From Candidatus Brocadiia bacterium (GTDB lineage Bacteria > Planctomycetota > Brocadiia > CAIUPP01): a DNA stretch of 64,000 nt. Location: the NCBI GenBank assembly GCA_050015075.1, contig JBEKCB010000005.1:137436-201435 (forward strand), read 5' to 3'. Below the pieces are notes generated by a model that was not told the DNA's origin, did no database searches, and worked only from the letters and a program-made list of their open reading frames with translations. The position numbers and the translations under genes were made by a program. Positions 9,949-20,077 of this stretch are shown one piece after another (position 1 is the stretch's first letter; each line of letters begins with the position of its first letter).

Positions 9949-11625
9949 TTGTCGAAAGCCAGGACGGGCTCGAGCGGGTTCGCGGCCATCGCGGCGGTGC
10001 TGTTCCTCGCGGCGGGCTTGCGCGGGGCGATCCTCTTCGCGGGGCATCGCGGCCTGCGGAGCGACGAGGCGGTCGTCGGGCTGATGGCCAAGCACATCTT
10101 CACGCGCGGCGAGACGCCGGTGTTCCTCTACGGCCAGGCGTATGGCGGCGGCCACGCGATGGCCGCCTACCTGGCCGCGCCGCTCTTCGCGGCGTTCGGG
10201 CGCTCAGCGGTGCTGCTCGACGGCGTTTCCATGGCGCTCTCGCTCGTAAGCGTCTGGCTCGTCTGGCTCATCGTGAGGCGCCACGTCGGCGATGCGGCGG
10301 CGGTCCTCGCGGCGGCGCTCTACGCGTTCTCTCCGCCTGTGGTCTACCAGTCCTATCTCGTCAACGGCGGTACCGAGGCGTTTCTCCTGGCGCTCGTGGC
10401 GCTCCACTTCTTCCTGCGGTCGTACGCGGGCGAGGAACCGGACCCGGGCGGACAGTTCCTGGCCGGGCTCTTCGCCGGGCTGGCGTACTGGGCGATGGAC
10501 TACACGCTGCTCTACCCGGTGGTCTTCGCGCTGCTGTGGCTGGCGCGCGGATCGGCGGGGCGATGGCGCGCGCTGGGGCGGCTGGCAGGCGGGTTCCTGG
10601 TCGGCTGCCTGCCGCTGGTGGCGTACAACGCGGCGCATGATTTCGAGCACTTCCGGCAGATGTATGCGCCGGCGGCGGGGGCCAGCGTCGGGTTCCTGGT
10701 GCATTTCTTCGGCGCACTCCGGGGCGTTTTTTCCGGGGACCTCGCGGCATTCTTCGGCGGCGACATAGACGATGTCCACACGGCCGGCCCGGCGGCGTGG
10801 GTCCATGCGGCCGCCGCGATGCTCGCCGTGGCGATCCTGATCTATCGGCACCGCGCGGCGATCGCGCGCTTCCTCAAGTCGCGGCAAGTGCCGGTGACGC
10901 TGCTGCCGGCCGTCTTCGTGATCGTGTACCTGGGCATGTACGGCGTCGCAAAATTCTCGCTGCCGGAACTCCGCACGCCGCGCTACCTGCTGCCGCTCTG
11001 CCCGTTCGTCAGCATCGCCATCGCAATCGTGGTCGCGGGCTGGACGGGCGCGCGCAGGTGGGCCGGCCTGGCGGTGATCGCTTTTCTCGTGGCGGCCGGC
11101 GCGGCGGAGTCGCTTCAGATCGGGATGCGCCCCTGGCACGAGGAACACCGGATCAGGACCTCCGGCATCGAGATGGCAAAGCTGGCCGCGGCGGTCGAGG
11201 AGCGCGGCATCCGCGTCGCGCTTGCGCCTTACGAGATTCAGTGGCGGCTGATGTTCGCGACGGACGAAAGGGTGACGGTCTCTTCCGTCTGGATCAGTCC
11301 CGGGCCGGCGCTGGGCCAGACCTCACGCTATCAACCTTACGACGACGCGGTGGTGAAGATGGTCCGCGAGGGCAAGAAATTCGCTTTCATTTTCCGGCGC
11401 GATTTCGGTTTTGCGGAGTGGGCGGCGCGCGGACGCTCCGGCGGCATCACGCGCGATATCTGGCGGGACGCCTGCCGAAGAGCGGGAATTTCGCCGGCGG
11501 GAATTCCGGTCGGCGAGGAGTTCGTGATCTTCTATCCTCTGGACTTGTCTTTCATGCAGGCGCTCTTGAAGGCCCAGGAAGCAGCCGCCCCGGCGTCCGC
11601 GCCGGGCGCCGCATCGGGCCGGTGA
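9949..11625 (+). CDS. GT-C fold (ArnT/PMT-like) integral membrane glycosyltransferase
   Basis: SDEAVVGLMAKHI...FLYGQAYGG N-terminal loop, many TM segments, PRYLLP; TTG start after GGAGG. Confidence 0.8.
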   Translation: MSKARTGSSGFAAIAAVLFLAAGLRGAILFAGHRGLRSDEAVVGLMAKHIFTRGETPVFLYGQAYGGGHAMAAYLAAPLFAAFGRSAVLLDGVSMALSLVSVWLVWLIVRRHVGDAAAVLAAALYAFSPPVVYQSYLVNGGTEAFLLALVALHFFLRSYAGEEPDPGGQFLAGLFAGLAYWAMDYTLLYPVVFALLWLARGSAGRWRALGRLAGGFLVGCLPLVAYNAAHDFEHFRQMYAPAAGASVGFLVHFFGALRGVFSGDLAAFFGGDIDDVHTAGPAAWVHAAAAMLAVAILIYRHRAAIARFLKSRQVPVTLLPAVFVIVYLGMYGVAKFSLPELRTPRYLLPLCPFVSIAIAIVVAGWTGARRWAGLAVIAFLVAAGAAESLQIGMRPWHEEHRIRTSGIEMAKLAAAVEERGIRVALAPYEIQWRLMFATDERVTVSSVWISPGPALGQTSRYQPYDDAVVKMVREGKKFAFIFRRDFGFAEWAARGRSGGITRDIWRDACRRAGISPAGIPVGEEFVIFYPLDLSFMQALLKAQEAAAPASAPGAASGR

Positions 11626-11676
11626 GACCCTGAGAGAGCGGCGTCGTTCGGGGCAAACACGCCACACGGAGCCAGT

Positions 11677-13146
11677 CTATTTCCAAGTCGTTTCGGCCGG
11701 CGGAGTTTTCTCTCCATTCGGGCCCGCTGGAATATCATTGCGGTACTTCTGCCACATTTCCATCACGAACGGATCCCAGGTCTGTCTTTGCCATGCCCAG
11801 TCCAAATAGGTCAGTCCGGTAGCAGGATAAGGAGGGAATTTCGTCTGCGCCTGGATGGTTTTCATGAATTGCGTATCGTCTTCCGTCATCCAGCGATCCA
11901 CATAACTGAAAAATGCATCGTGGTCCCAATATTTTTCCGCGTGCATAAGCCTGGCCGCCAATGCCTCGCCCACCCAGGCAAGACTCGTGCAACTGCGGCG
12001 ATAAGCCTCGTTCATGCCGGGCTCCTCCGGATCGATCGGCCAGTCTTTGGGCTGAAGATCTTCATACTGGCCCCAACCGGGAGTCGTCTTATTCATATTA
12101 ATCCCGTTTTTGTCAACGCCTTGATGCCCGGCATAAACCACGTTCGCCCCGGTCCAGGAGCGTTTGAACAAGGTCTGCATATCCTCTCCAAACTGGCACT
12201 GGGGATAGGTCTTGCTCGGTGAGGCCATTTCGTCATCGCCCAGCATGATCCCGGCGAACACAATCGGCCATTTCCTTCCCGTCCCATGCCCGCCGAAACC
12301 TTGCCATCCGTGAAAACCGGCTCGCACGATTCCCCACAGATCAATTCCGTTCTGCACGAAACCGATCAGGAGCTTCTCTTTTCTCGCCGGCGGCAGATCG
12401 GTCATTAAGATCAAGCTGGCCAGGCCGGCGGACCTGCCCAGCTCTCTTCCATACTGCGGCTGGTATTCCGCCGGGGCGTCAAAGGAAAAGAAAACCAGAT
12501 CGAGCCAGACGCGGATGTAATGATCTTCAAACTCTTTCAGCATCAGCGCGCCCTGGTCGGTATCGAAAGTGTCTTTGCCATAAGACAAGCTGGGCAAAAG
12601 GTTCCTCTTTAGATTGCCGGCCAGATAGATTTTCTGGGACCGGTCGCAATAGGACGGGCGGAAGGCGTCCGCCGGCACCGCCGCAGCGAGGCAGGTGAGC
12701 ACGCAGGCGCTCTTCACCGGGCAGCCTGATTTATCGCTCCTCCGAAGCCAATTCGGTATAGTCCCGAATTCCTTATCGCTGGCGCTGATCGTGGAGATCA
12801 GCGCGTCGCCCGGCTTCATGTGGATCGGCAATGGGGTGGACATCTTGGGGTCATAGCGTCCCGCCGGTTCGCGGCTGTCGTATCCGCTGTAACCGTCATT
12901 CAGCGGCGGATTCAACTCGCTTCCATTTCGCCCGTTGCCCGGCGGAGGAGTGATCGAGACCACTTCGCAGTCGCCCACGACATAGTAGTCTCCGGTGACA
13001 AACCGTCCGACCTCGGCCGGTTCACTGAGTTTCCACGTGATCCCGTATTGCGTGACGGTATCGGTCTTCTCGGCTCGAGCATTCCGAGCGAACATGCCCA
13101 GGAGAACGGCCCCAACGATCAGACAAGCTTTCTTGGACGAGTGCAT
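11677..13146 (-). CDS. secreted hypothetical protein, lower GC than flanks
   Basis: Signal peptide ending ARA-E, TQYGITW...GRFVTGDYYVVG; good RBS (GGAGG); visibly more A/T-rich codons. Confidence 0.8.
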   Translation of the reverse strand: MHSSKKACLIVGAVLLGMFARNARAEKTDTVTQYGITWKLSEPAEVGRFVTGDYYVVGDCEVVSITPPPGNGRNGSELNPPLNDGYSGYDSREPAGRYDPKMSTPLPIHMKPGDALISTISASDKEFGTIPNWLRRSDKSGCPVKSACVLTCLAAAVPADAFRPSYCDRSQKIYLAGNLKRNLLPSLSYGKDTFDTDQGALMLKEFEDHYIRVWLDLVFFSFDAPAEYQPQYGRELGRSAGLASLILMTDLPPARKEKLLIGFVQNGIDLWGIVRAGFHGWQGFGGHGTGRKWPIVFAGIMLGDDEMASPSKTYPQCQFGEDMQTLFKRSWTGANVVYAGHQGVDKNGINMNKTTPGWGQYEDLQPKDWPIDPEEPGMNEAYRRSCTSLAWVGEALAARLMHAEKYWDHDAFFSYVDRWMTEDDTQFMKTIQAQTKFPPYPATGLTYLDWAWQRQTWDPFVMEMWQKYRNDIPAGPNGEKTPPAETTWK

Positions 13147-13204
13147 TTTTTACCTCCCGTTGGCGTCCCAGGCTAATCGCACAATACGCACACTCGGCGC
13201 CGTG

Positions 13205-13244
13205 AATAGAAAGGGGCGCGCGCCTTGAATGGCCCGCGCCCCTT
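13205..13244 (-). terminator. GC-rich hairpin, probable terminator of the OmpA/MotB gene
   Basis: AAGGGGCGCGCGCC-6nt-GGCCCGCGCCCCTT (1 mismatch), followed by a short U-rich tail on the minus strand. Confidence 0.55.
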
Positions 13245-13263
13245 CCGCAAGGACTGGCACGAC

Positions 13264-14058
13264 TTACTTCGGCGTCATCGGCTCGGCGGATTTCGACGGC
13301 TTCGGCGCGCGGCCGGCGGGTTTCGGCGTCGTCCCCTCGGGGATTTCGCGCGGGTTCACGGTGTCCTTCAGCAGGATGATCTCCGCGCGGCGCGACTTGG
13401 CCTTGTCTTCCGTGCCGGAGGCGCCGGACACCAACGCGTACTGGCCGTAACCTTCGAAGTGCAAGCGCGCCGACGGGATGCCGGCTTTCTCGAGGAACTC
13501 CAGCACCGCGAGCGCGCGGTGCCCGGAGAGATCGAAGTTGTCCTCCCACTTGCCCTTGGTTTTCTTGATCGGATCCGAATCGGTGAAGCCGCGGATCGCG
13601 AGCTTGTTCGGCTTGTCGCGCACCAGTTCGGCCACCTGCTTGAGGACCTTCTCGCCGCTGGATTTCAACTTGGCTTCGCCGGAGGCGAAGAGGACGTCGC
13701 CCTTCACGCGGATGCCCACATCGCCGCTCGGCGTCGTGAACGTCTCCACGTTCTCGCCCAGTTCCGGCCCGCCCTTGCTGATGCCCCGCTGCAGGTTCTC
13801 GAGGTTCGCCTTCAGCGCCGTCAGCAGCTCGCCTTTATCCTGTAACTGCGTCTTGAGGAAATCGTTCTCCTGCGTGAGCGAGACCTTGTCATTCGTCAGC
13901 GAGCTGATAATGACCGACTGGTCCTGATTCAAACGTTTCAGCGTGTTGTACTCATCGTACTCGGAGGGCGTCAGCCACCGTCCCGTGGACCGGCAACCGG
14001 AAAACGCCACGACGCTCCCGACCACCAACAGGCACGCCCCCCACCGCAGGCTCTTCAT
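13264..14058 (-). CDS. OmpA/MotB-family peptidoglycan-binding lipoprotein with coiled coil
   Basis: Lipobox FSGC, VLFASGEAKL, IRGFTDSDP, NFDLSGHRA, SRRAEI. Confidence 0.88.
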   Translation of the reverse strand: MKSLRWGACLLVVGSVVAFSGCRSTGRWLTPSEYDEYNTLKRLNQDQSVIISSLTNDKVSLTQENDFLKTQLQDKGELLTALKANLENLQRGISKGGPELGENVETFTTPSGDVGIRVKGDVLFASGEAKLKSSGEKVLKQVAELVRDKPNKLAIRGFTDSDPIKKTKGKWEDNFDLSGHRALAVLEFLEKAGIPSARLHFEGYGQYALVSGASGTEDKAKSRRAEIILLKDTVNPREIPEGTTPKPAGRAPKPSKSAEPMTPK

Positions 14059-14156
14059 CAGACACTCCTTTCGCTGACCCAGGTCAAAAAAACACGGACT
14101 CGTTTCTGTCCAACGGCGTTTATTTCCGCCAGGCGCTCCATGCGCCTTGATTCATT

Positions 14157-15578
14157 TCAGCGCGACTGACTGTGCATCGCCTCGGCGATCTTGGCGGTCA
14201 GGGCGTTGTGTACATTAAATGCGTCGCAGAAGAGCAGGGCTCCGGCAATGATCAGAGCCACCGTGGCGGCGATGAGCAGCACGTTGCCGATCGGCCAGGG
14301 CTGCGCGGTCTCCCAACCGGCCGGGACGATGGCAGGCGCCGCCTCTTCTTCGGGCTCTTCTTCGCCGGCCTGTTCCTGAAGGGCCGCCGCGACCGCTCCA
14401 TCCACGCCGCCGGTCTCAACCGCCTCGCCTCCCTCGCCCAGGGCGGCCTTGGTTTCCTCGGCGCCCAGGGCGGCCTTGGTTTCCTCCGCGACCGGGATGC
14501 CGACCGTCTCGTGGTCGTCGCCCGGCGCCTCAGCGGCCGTCGCGGGCTTGGGGCCTGCGCCGACGACCTCTTTCGTCTCAAGCACTTCGTCCACGTCGAG
14601 CGTTTCGAGCGCCTCGTCGCTGCTGTCGTCCGGGGCGGGTCCGAGGATATCGGCGACGACCTTGTCGGTCGAAGGGTCTTTCGATTTCGGTGCGGGCTTC
14701 TGTCCGACTTGCGAGGGACTTTCCGAGGCGACTTCGATTTCATCGCCGGAGGTGCCCTCGTCGGAAAACTGGATGCGGGACGCGCTGGAGGCGGACTCGG
14801 ACGAGCTTTCCTCGGCGACTTCGAGGATGTCCATGGAGGATTCCGATTCGTCGGCGATGAGCACCGAATCGCCTCTTTCCCCATCCGACGGCAGTTTCAA
14901 ATCCTTTTCCGCGAAGTCGAACGCCGGAGCGGCCCCTGGCTTGGCTTTCTCTTCCTTGCCGGCGCCCGGCAGAAGCAGCGAAGTCTGGTCGCCCTCCTCG
15001 AGGACCGGCGGCTCTTCTTCGTGGAGGTCCTTGATGCCGGCTTCCGCGCCGGTCACGCCGCGCGTCTCGACCTCTTGGTCCACGTCGAGCGTCGCGAGCG
15101 CCTCGTCGCTGCTGTCCTCAGGCGCGGGCCCGAGAATGTCGGTGACGACCTTGTCGGTTGACGCGTCGCCAATTTTCGGCGCGGCGCTTCCCGGAGCCGC
15201 CTTCATATCATCGCTGGAGCTGACTTCGTCGGGGACGAGGTCCTTCTCGCCGAACTGGAAGACGGGCTTCTCCGGCTGCTTGTTTTTGGGTTCGCCCGGC
15301 TGGACCGGCGCCAGGACGGAGGTCTGGTCGGTGTCCTCGATGCCCGCGTCGGACTCGACTTCGGTCAGGTCAATCTTGGAGGAGGCGCCTTCGGCCAGCA
15401 CCGTGGCGCCGCCGGCGAGTCTCTTCTTGTACGCGTCAATATCCGCAGGGCGGAACTTGTAGGTCTTCTGGTCGAGGAAACCGCGCAGAAGACCCTTCTT
15501 CACCAGCTCGGCGATCTGGTCTTTGCTCAGTTGGAGTTGCTTGGCGGCATCGTCAATGTTCAAGAGTACGTCAGCCAT
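14157..15578 (-). CDS. excisionase-like HTH protein with long acidic low-complexity region and C-terminal TM helix
   Basis: LNIDDAAKQLQLSKDQIAELVKKGLLRGF...YKFRPADID, D/E/S-rich repeats, C-terminal hydrophobic helix; RBS GAGGAGG. Confidence 0.8.
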   Translation of the reverse strand: MADVLLNIDDAAKQLQLSKDQIAELVKKGLLRGFLDQKTYKFRPADIDAYKKRLAGGATVLAEGASSKIDLTEVESDAGIEDTDQTSVLAPVQPGEPKNKQPEKPVFQFGEKDLVPDEVSSSDDMKAAPGSAAPKIGDASTDKVVTDILGPAPEDSSDEALATLDVDQEVETRGVTGAEAGIKDLHEEEPPVLEEGDQTSLLLPGAGKEEKAKPGAAPAFDFAEKDLKLPSDGERGDSVLIADESESSMDILEVAEESSSESASSASRIQFSDEGTSGDEIEVASESPSQVGQKPAPKSKDPSTDKVVADILGPAPDDSSDEALETLDVDEVLETKEVVGAGPKPATAAEAPGDDHETVGIPVAEETKAALGAEETKAALGEGGEAVETGGVDGAVAAALQEQAGEEEPEEEAAPAIVPAGWETAQPWPIGNVLLIAATVALIIAGALLFCDAFNVHNALTAKIAEAMHSQSR

Positions 15579-15790
15579 GGCACACCTCCTCGCCGGTCAG
15601 GTCCGAACGAGAGTCCGGATGCCGGCTTTCAACCAGACGGCGATCCCTCGAAACTGCGGGGGTAGTATAGCACCGCCCGCAACCGTAAAGCAAGGAATTC
15701 ATGGCGCGGAATGCAACCGGCCGGGCACGGCGGGATCGTTCAGGCTGCGATGGGCGGCGGGCGCCGTTCGGGCGCTTCGGCGTCGGTGGA

Positions 15791-16417
15791 TCAAGACTTG
15801 GGGGCCGTTCCGGATCCGGATACGCCTTCCGCGTCCGACGACCCGCGCGCGAGGCGCAGAACGGCGTCGTGAAGTTCATCCAGTCCGACCGGCTTGGCCA
15901 TGCACAGGTCCGCGCCGGCCTCTTTGGCCTTCTCGATGTTCTCGGTGGTGGCGTACCCGGTGAGGACGAGGATGCGTGTCTGCCGCGACCGCGGCGAAGC
16001 TTTGATATTGCGGCAGACGTCCAGCCCGTTCATGCCGGCCATCAGGAGGTCGAGAATCACGATGTGCGGCTGGAACTCGGAGACCTGGCGGCCAGCGGCG
16101 AATCCGTCGGCGGCCTGCCGGACCCGCATGTTCGGCTGGCGGCCCAGGAATTCCGTCGCGCTCTCGCGGAACGCCGCGTCATCGTCCACGACGAGCACCC
16201 GCAGCGTGCCGGTCAGATCGCGCCAGCCTCGAAGCTTGCGGGATTCGAGGAAGGCGTGCACGTCCGCGTCGAGCACGCGCAGATGTCCGCCGGGCGTTTC
16301 GTACGCCGGAAGGTTCCCCTCCAGAATCCACCGCCGGACGGTCGTGTAGTGAACACCACACTGTTCAGCGACCTGCATCGTGGAAAGGGCCTTCTGAACC
16401 TGTCCGCGCTTCTTCAA
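15791..16417 (-). CDS. response regulator with N-terminal excisionase-type HTH
   Basis: STMQVAEQCGVHYTTVRRWI...TPGGHLRV; VLVVDDD, ILDLLMAGMNG, LTGY, KP. Confidence 0.9.
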   Translation of the reverse strand: MKKRGQVQKALSTMQVAEQCGVHYTTVRRWILEGNLPAYETPGGHLRVLDADVHAFLESRKLRGWRDLTGTLRVLVVDDDAAFRESATEFLGRQPNMRVRQAADGFAAGRQVSEFQPHIVILDLLMAGMNGLDVCRNIKASPRSRQTRILVLTGYATTENIEKAKEAGADLCMAKPVGLDELHDAVLRLARGSSDAEGVSGSGTAPKS

Positions 16418-16486
16418 ATCGTACCATCTCCTTCCATTTCGAAGTCGAATTCCAGTCCCCTCGGAAGGATATCACTCTCTCTCATT

Positions 16487-16515
16487 AACATACCACGATG
16501 TGGCTAGCGCGTCAA
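16487..16515 (-). promoter_or_regulatory. sigma70-type promoter of the HTH-response regulator
   Basis: TTGACG-17bp-TATGTT with TG extension on the minus strand. Confidence 0.55.
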
Positions 16516-16577
16516 TTATCGCTCTCCCTTGAGGTTAGAACGCCGCATCCGCGTCAAACCAGGGCGGGTTCCGCTCG

Positions 16578-16606
16578 TTGACGCATTCGCATTGAAGCAG
16601 TACAAT
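16578..16606 (+). promoter_or_regulatory. sigma70-type promoter of the Gfo/Idh/MocA gene
   Basis: TTGACG-17bp-TACAAT. Confidence 0.7.
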
Positions 16607-16662
16607 TCCTCGCGTATCATCAGGCGACATCGGCTCCACAGGAACAGGCCAGGAGAAAATTC

Positions 16663-17793
16663 ATGCCCTCGTTAAAAGTCGGCATCGTCGGCCTGGGCGG
16701 AATCGGCCAGGCGCATTTGAAGGCGATCTTAAAACTGGGCGACGTGCAGTTGGTCGGCTTCGCCGATACCAGCAGTGCCGTGCGCGAGTCGCAAAGCCAG
16801 GAGCATAAACTGCCCGCCTTTGCGAGCCACCTTGAACTGATCGAAAAAGCGCATCCGGACTACGTCGTCATCTGCACGCCGCATTACAGCCACACCGATA
16901 TTGCAATGGACGCCATGAGGCGCGGCGTGCACGCCTTCGCGGAGAAGCCGCTGACGGTTTCCGCCGCCCGCGCCGAGGAATGCGCCGCGGTGGCCAGGCA
17001 GACCGGCCGGGTCCTCGCCGTGAATTTTCTCAGGCGGCTGCAGCCCGCCGAGCGGAAACTGCACGACCTGATCCAGGTCGGCTTCCTCGGCCGGACGCTC
17101 CGTGTGACGATGGTCTGCACCCGGTGGTTCCGGTCCATGGCTTACTATCACTCGAGCCCATGGCGGGCGACCTGGTCGGGCGAAGGCGGCGGCATCACCG
17201 TCAACCAGTCGCCGCACGACCTCGACCTGCTCAACTGGGCCGTCGGCATGCCCTCGGAGGTCTTCGCCGAGGTCAACACCTCCGGCCACGAGATCGAGGT
17301 CGAGGACGACGTCGTCGCCGCCATGAAGTGGCCCGGCGGCGCGACCGGAACGATGCACGTCACGACCAACGAGGCGCCCGGACGGACCTTCTTCGAGGTT
17401 GCCGGCACCCGCGGCACGCTCACGCTCGAGAACAACAAGCTCAAGGCGACCGAACTGGCGGAGGATTCCTCGCAGTTCAGCAACACCTCGAAAGGGGTGT
17501 GGAACAGCCCGGGAGTGAAATCGGCCATGACATACGAACTGACGGACACGGCGGACGGTTTCATGCTGATGCACCAGAACTTCGCCGACGCGATCCGGAA
17601 GGGCGCGCCGCTGATCTGCCCCGGCGACGAGGGCGTCCGGGAAGTGGAACTGGCCAACGCGCTGCTCGTCTCCGGCGTGAAGCGCAAGTGGGCCGCCACG
17701 CCGGTGGACCCGAAGGAGTTCGACGCGGTGCTTGCGAAGCTGCTCGAGCTCAAGAAACTCGACGCCGCGAAGGCGTATTTCACGGGGCGGTAG
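16663..17793 (+). CDS. Gfo/Idh/MocA family oxidoreductase
   Basis: VGIVGLGGIG, ICTPHYSH, AEKPL, GGGITVNQSPHDLD. Confidence 0.93.
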   Translation: MPSLKVGIVGLGGIGQAHLKAILKLGDVQLVGFADTSSAVRESQSQEHKLPAFASHLELIEKAHPDYVVICTPHYSHTDIAMDAMRRGVHAFAEKPLTVSAARAEECAAVARQTGRVLAVNFLRRLQPAERKLHDLIQVGFLGRTLRVTMVCTRWFRSMAYYHSSPWRATWSGEGGGITVNQSPHDLDLLNWAVGMPSEVFAEVNTSGHEIEVEDDVVAAMKWPGGATGTMHVTTNEAPGRTFFEVAGTRGTLTLENNKLKATELAEDSSQFSNTSKGVWNSPGVKSAMTYELTDTADGFMLMHQNFADAIRKGAPLICPGDEGVREVELANALLVSGVKRKWAATPVDPKEFDAVLAKLLELKKLDAAKAYFTGR

Positions 17794-17844
17794 TCTGCTT
17801 GTAGTGGCGCCGTAAGGCGCTGCTCGTATGCCCTGACGGGCACA

Positions 17845-18396
17845 CTACGAGCCCGGCTTGCAGATGATCTCGTGCACCTTCAAGTCGAAGAAGTTGTGCG
17901 TGTTCGCCGGAGTGAGGACGAGGGCCGTGTCCGCGCCGCGGCCTGAGCCGCCGCAGGAGACGACCTTCTCGTCCGTGCGCACCATGCCGGCGTCGCAGGC
18001 CATAAGGGCCACCTCGCAGGCGACCTTGGTTCCCTGCCCGAAGATGCGCAGTGTGGCCGCGACGATCTCGTCGGACTGATACGTCTGGAACTTTCTCCGG
18101 ACGGCGCGGCCGAGGCCGCCGAACGCATGGGCCGCCGTCACGAGCCGCGCGCCCTCGGCGAGGATCTGCTTCTCGACCTCGGCGGACATGTCCTGCGAGT
18201 CAGCGCGCGCGAAACCGAAGACGGACCGGACCACCATTAGTCGCGCGGCCGGCCACGATCCCAGGAACTTCAGCGCCGTCGCGCCGGTGTTCGACGCGAC
18301 GACGATCTTCTCGACGCGCAATTCCTTCGCCCGGGCCACGGCCAGGTCAATCGTCTCGCGCGTGTTTTCCTCTCCGGCGTTCTTGAAGACGATCAT
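17845..18396 (-). CDS. pyruvate kinase C-terminal-like (MTH1675-like) protein
   Basis: F...GEENTRET, IVVASNTGATA, LRIFGQGTKVACEVALMACDAG, GGSGRGADTA, EIICKP. Confidence 0.85.
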   Translation of the reverse strand: MIVFKNAGEENTRETIDLAVARAKELRVEKIVVASNTGATALKFLGSWPAARLMVVRSVFGFARADSQDMSAEVEKQILAEGARLVTAAHAFGGLGRAVRRKFQTYQSDEIVAATLRIFGQGTKVACEVALMACDAGMVRTDEKVVSCGGSGRGADTALVLTPANTHNFFDLKVHEIICKPGS

Positions 18397-18490
18397 GGCT
18401 TTCTCCCTCGCTCGCGCCCTGCCGCCGCTCCGCCGCGCCCGCACGAGGAGTCTATCACACGGAATGCGGCCCGGCAACGGCCGAGGGCAC

Positions 18491-18519
18491 TTGACTTGAG
18501 GCGCTCATAACGGCATGAT
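18491..18519 (+). promoter_or_regulatory. sigma70-type promoter of the gnd operon
   Basis: TTGACT-17bp-CATGAT. Confidence 0.55.
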
Positions 18520-18586
18520 AACTATTCTACGCCGCGGTTTCTCCGTCGGCCTTAGCGACTTCAATTTTCTGACCGGGAGTTCAGTC

Positions 18587-20038
18587 ATGGCGCAAGCGGA
18601 CATCGGCCTCATCGGCCTGGCGGTAATGGGCGAGAACATCGTGCTCAATATGGAGAGCAAGGGGTTCACCGTGGCGCTGTTCAACCGCACGGTGGAGAAG
18701 GTGGACGCGTTCGTCGCCGGCCGCGGCGCGGGCAAGAAGTTCGTCGGCTGTCATAGCATCCAGGAACTCGCCGCCGCTCTCAAGCGTCCCCGCAAGGTGA
18801 TGCTGCTGGTGAAGGCCGGCCAGCCGGTGGACGATCTCATCGAGCAGCTCATCCCCGTGCTGGAGCCGGGCGACATCATCATTGACGGCGGCAACAGCCA
18901 CTTCACGGACACGATCCGCCGCGCGAAGCTCGTCGAGAGCAAGGGACTGCTGTACATCGGCACGGGCGTCTCCGGCGGCGAGGAAGGCGCGCTGACCGGC
19001 CCTTCGATGATGCCCGGCGGCAGCCCCGCCGCCTGGCCGCTGGTCAAGGACATCTTCCAGAAAATCTGCGCCCGGACGCCCGAGGGCGAACCGTGCTGCG
19101 ACTGGGTCGGCGAGAACGGCGCCGGCCACTTCGTCAAGATGGTCCACAACGGCATCGAATACGGCGATATGCAGATGATCTGCGAGACCTACTTGATGAT
19201 GAAGGAAGGCCTCGGCATGTCGAACGAGGAGATGCACGACGCGTTCAACGCCTGGAACGAGGCGGAGCTGAAGTCCTACCTGGTCGAGATCACCCGCGAC
19301 ATCCTCGCTTATAAGAACGAGGAAGGGCAATACGTCGTGGACCTGATCCTGGACACGGCCGGGCAGAAAGGCACCGGCAAGTGGACCGTGCTGGCCGCCC
19401 TCGACGAAGGCCAGCCGCTGACGCTGATTGGCGAGGCGGTCTTCGCGCGCTGCCTCTCGGCGATCAAGGAAGAGCGCGTGGCCGCCAGCAAGGTGCTCAA
19501 AGGGAAGATGAAGAAGATCCGCGGCGACCGGCCGGCGCTGATCGCCGACCTGAGCCGGGCGCTGTACGCCGCGAAGATCGTCTCCTACGCGCAGGGATTC
19601 CAACTGATGCGCTCGGCGGCGAAGACGTACTCCTGGAACCTCAACTACGGCGGCATCGCGCTGATGTGGCGCGGCGGCTGCATCATCCGCTCGGCATTCC
19701 TGGGCAAGATCAAGGAGGCCTACGTCAACAATCCGAAGATCACCAACCTGCTGCTCGACCCGTTCTTCGCCGGTGCTGTGAAAACGGCGGAGAAATCGTG
19801 GCGCAACGTGATCCGGAAAGCCGTGCAGGCGCGCATCCCGGTCCCGGCGATCGGCTCGGCGCTGGAGTTCTACGACGGCTACCGCGCGCCGCGGCTCCCG
19901 GCGAACCTGCTCCAGGCGCAGCGCGACTACTTCGGCGCGCACACCTACGAGCGCGTGGACAAGCCGCGCGGCGAGTTCTTCCACACGAATTGGACCGGAA
20001 AAGGCGGAACGACGAGCGCTTCCACTTATACGGTATGA
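18587..20038 (+). CDS. gnd: NADP-dependent 6-phosphogluconate dehydrogenase (decarboxylating)
   Basis: IGLIGLAVMG, DGGNS, GVSGGEEGA, VKMVHNGIEYGDMQ, QKGTGKW, QAQRDYFGAHTY. Confidence 0.98.
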   Translation: MAQADIGLIGLAVMGENIVLNMESKGFTVALFNRTVEKVDAFVAGRGAGKKFVGCHSIQELAAALKRPRKVMLLVKAGQPVDDLIEQLIPVLEPGDIIIDGGNSHFTDTIRRAKLVESKGLLYIGTGVSGGEEGALTGPSMMPGGSPAAWPLVKDIFQKICARTPEGEPCCDWVGENGAGHFVKMVHNGIEYGDMQMICETYLMMKEGLGMSNEEMHDAFNAWNEAELKSYLVEITRDILAYKNEEGQYVVDLILDTAGQKGTGKWTVLAALDEGQPLTLIGEAVFARCLSAIKEERVAASKVLKGKMKKIRGDRPALIADLSRALYAAKIVSYAQGFQLMRSAAKTYSWNLNYGGIALMWRGGCIIRSAFLGKIKEAYVNNPKITNLLLDPFFAGAVKTAEKSWRNVIRKAVQARIPVPAIGSALEFYDGYRAPRLPANLLQAQRDYFGAHTYERVDKPRGEFFHTNWTGKGGTTSASTYTV

Positions 20039-20077
20039 TTACGAAGTTTTGAAACCGGTTCCAGGAAGGAGCTTTCC

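Noticed and set aside
15590-15630. GTCAGGTCCGAA resembling the SRP RNA loop
   Set aside because: The following GGAAGCAGC and a flanking long stem are absent
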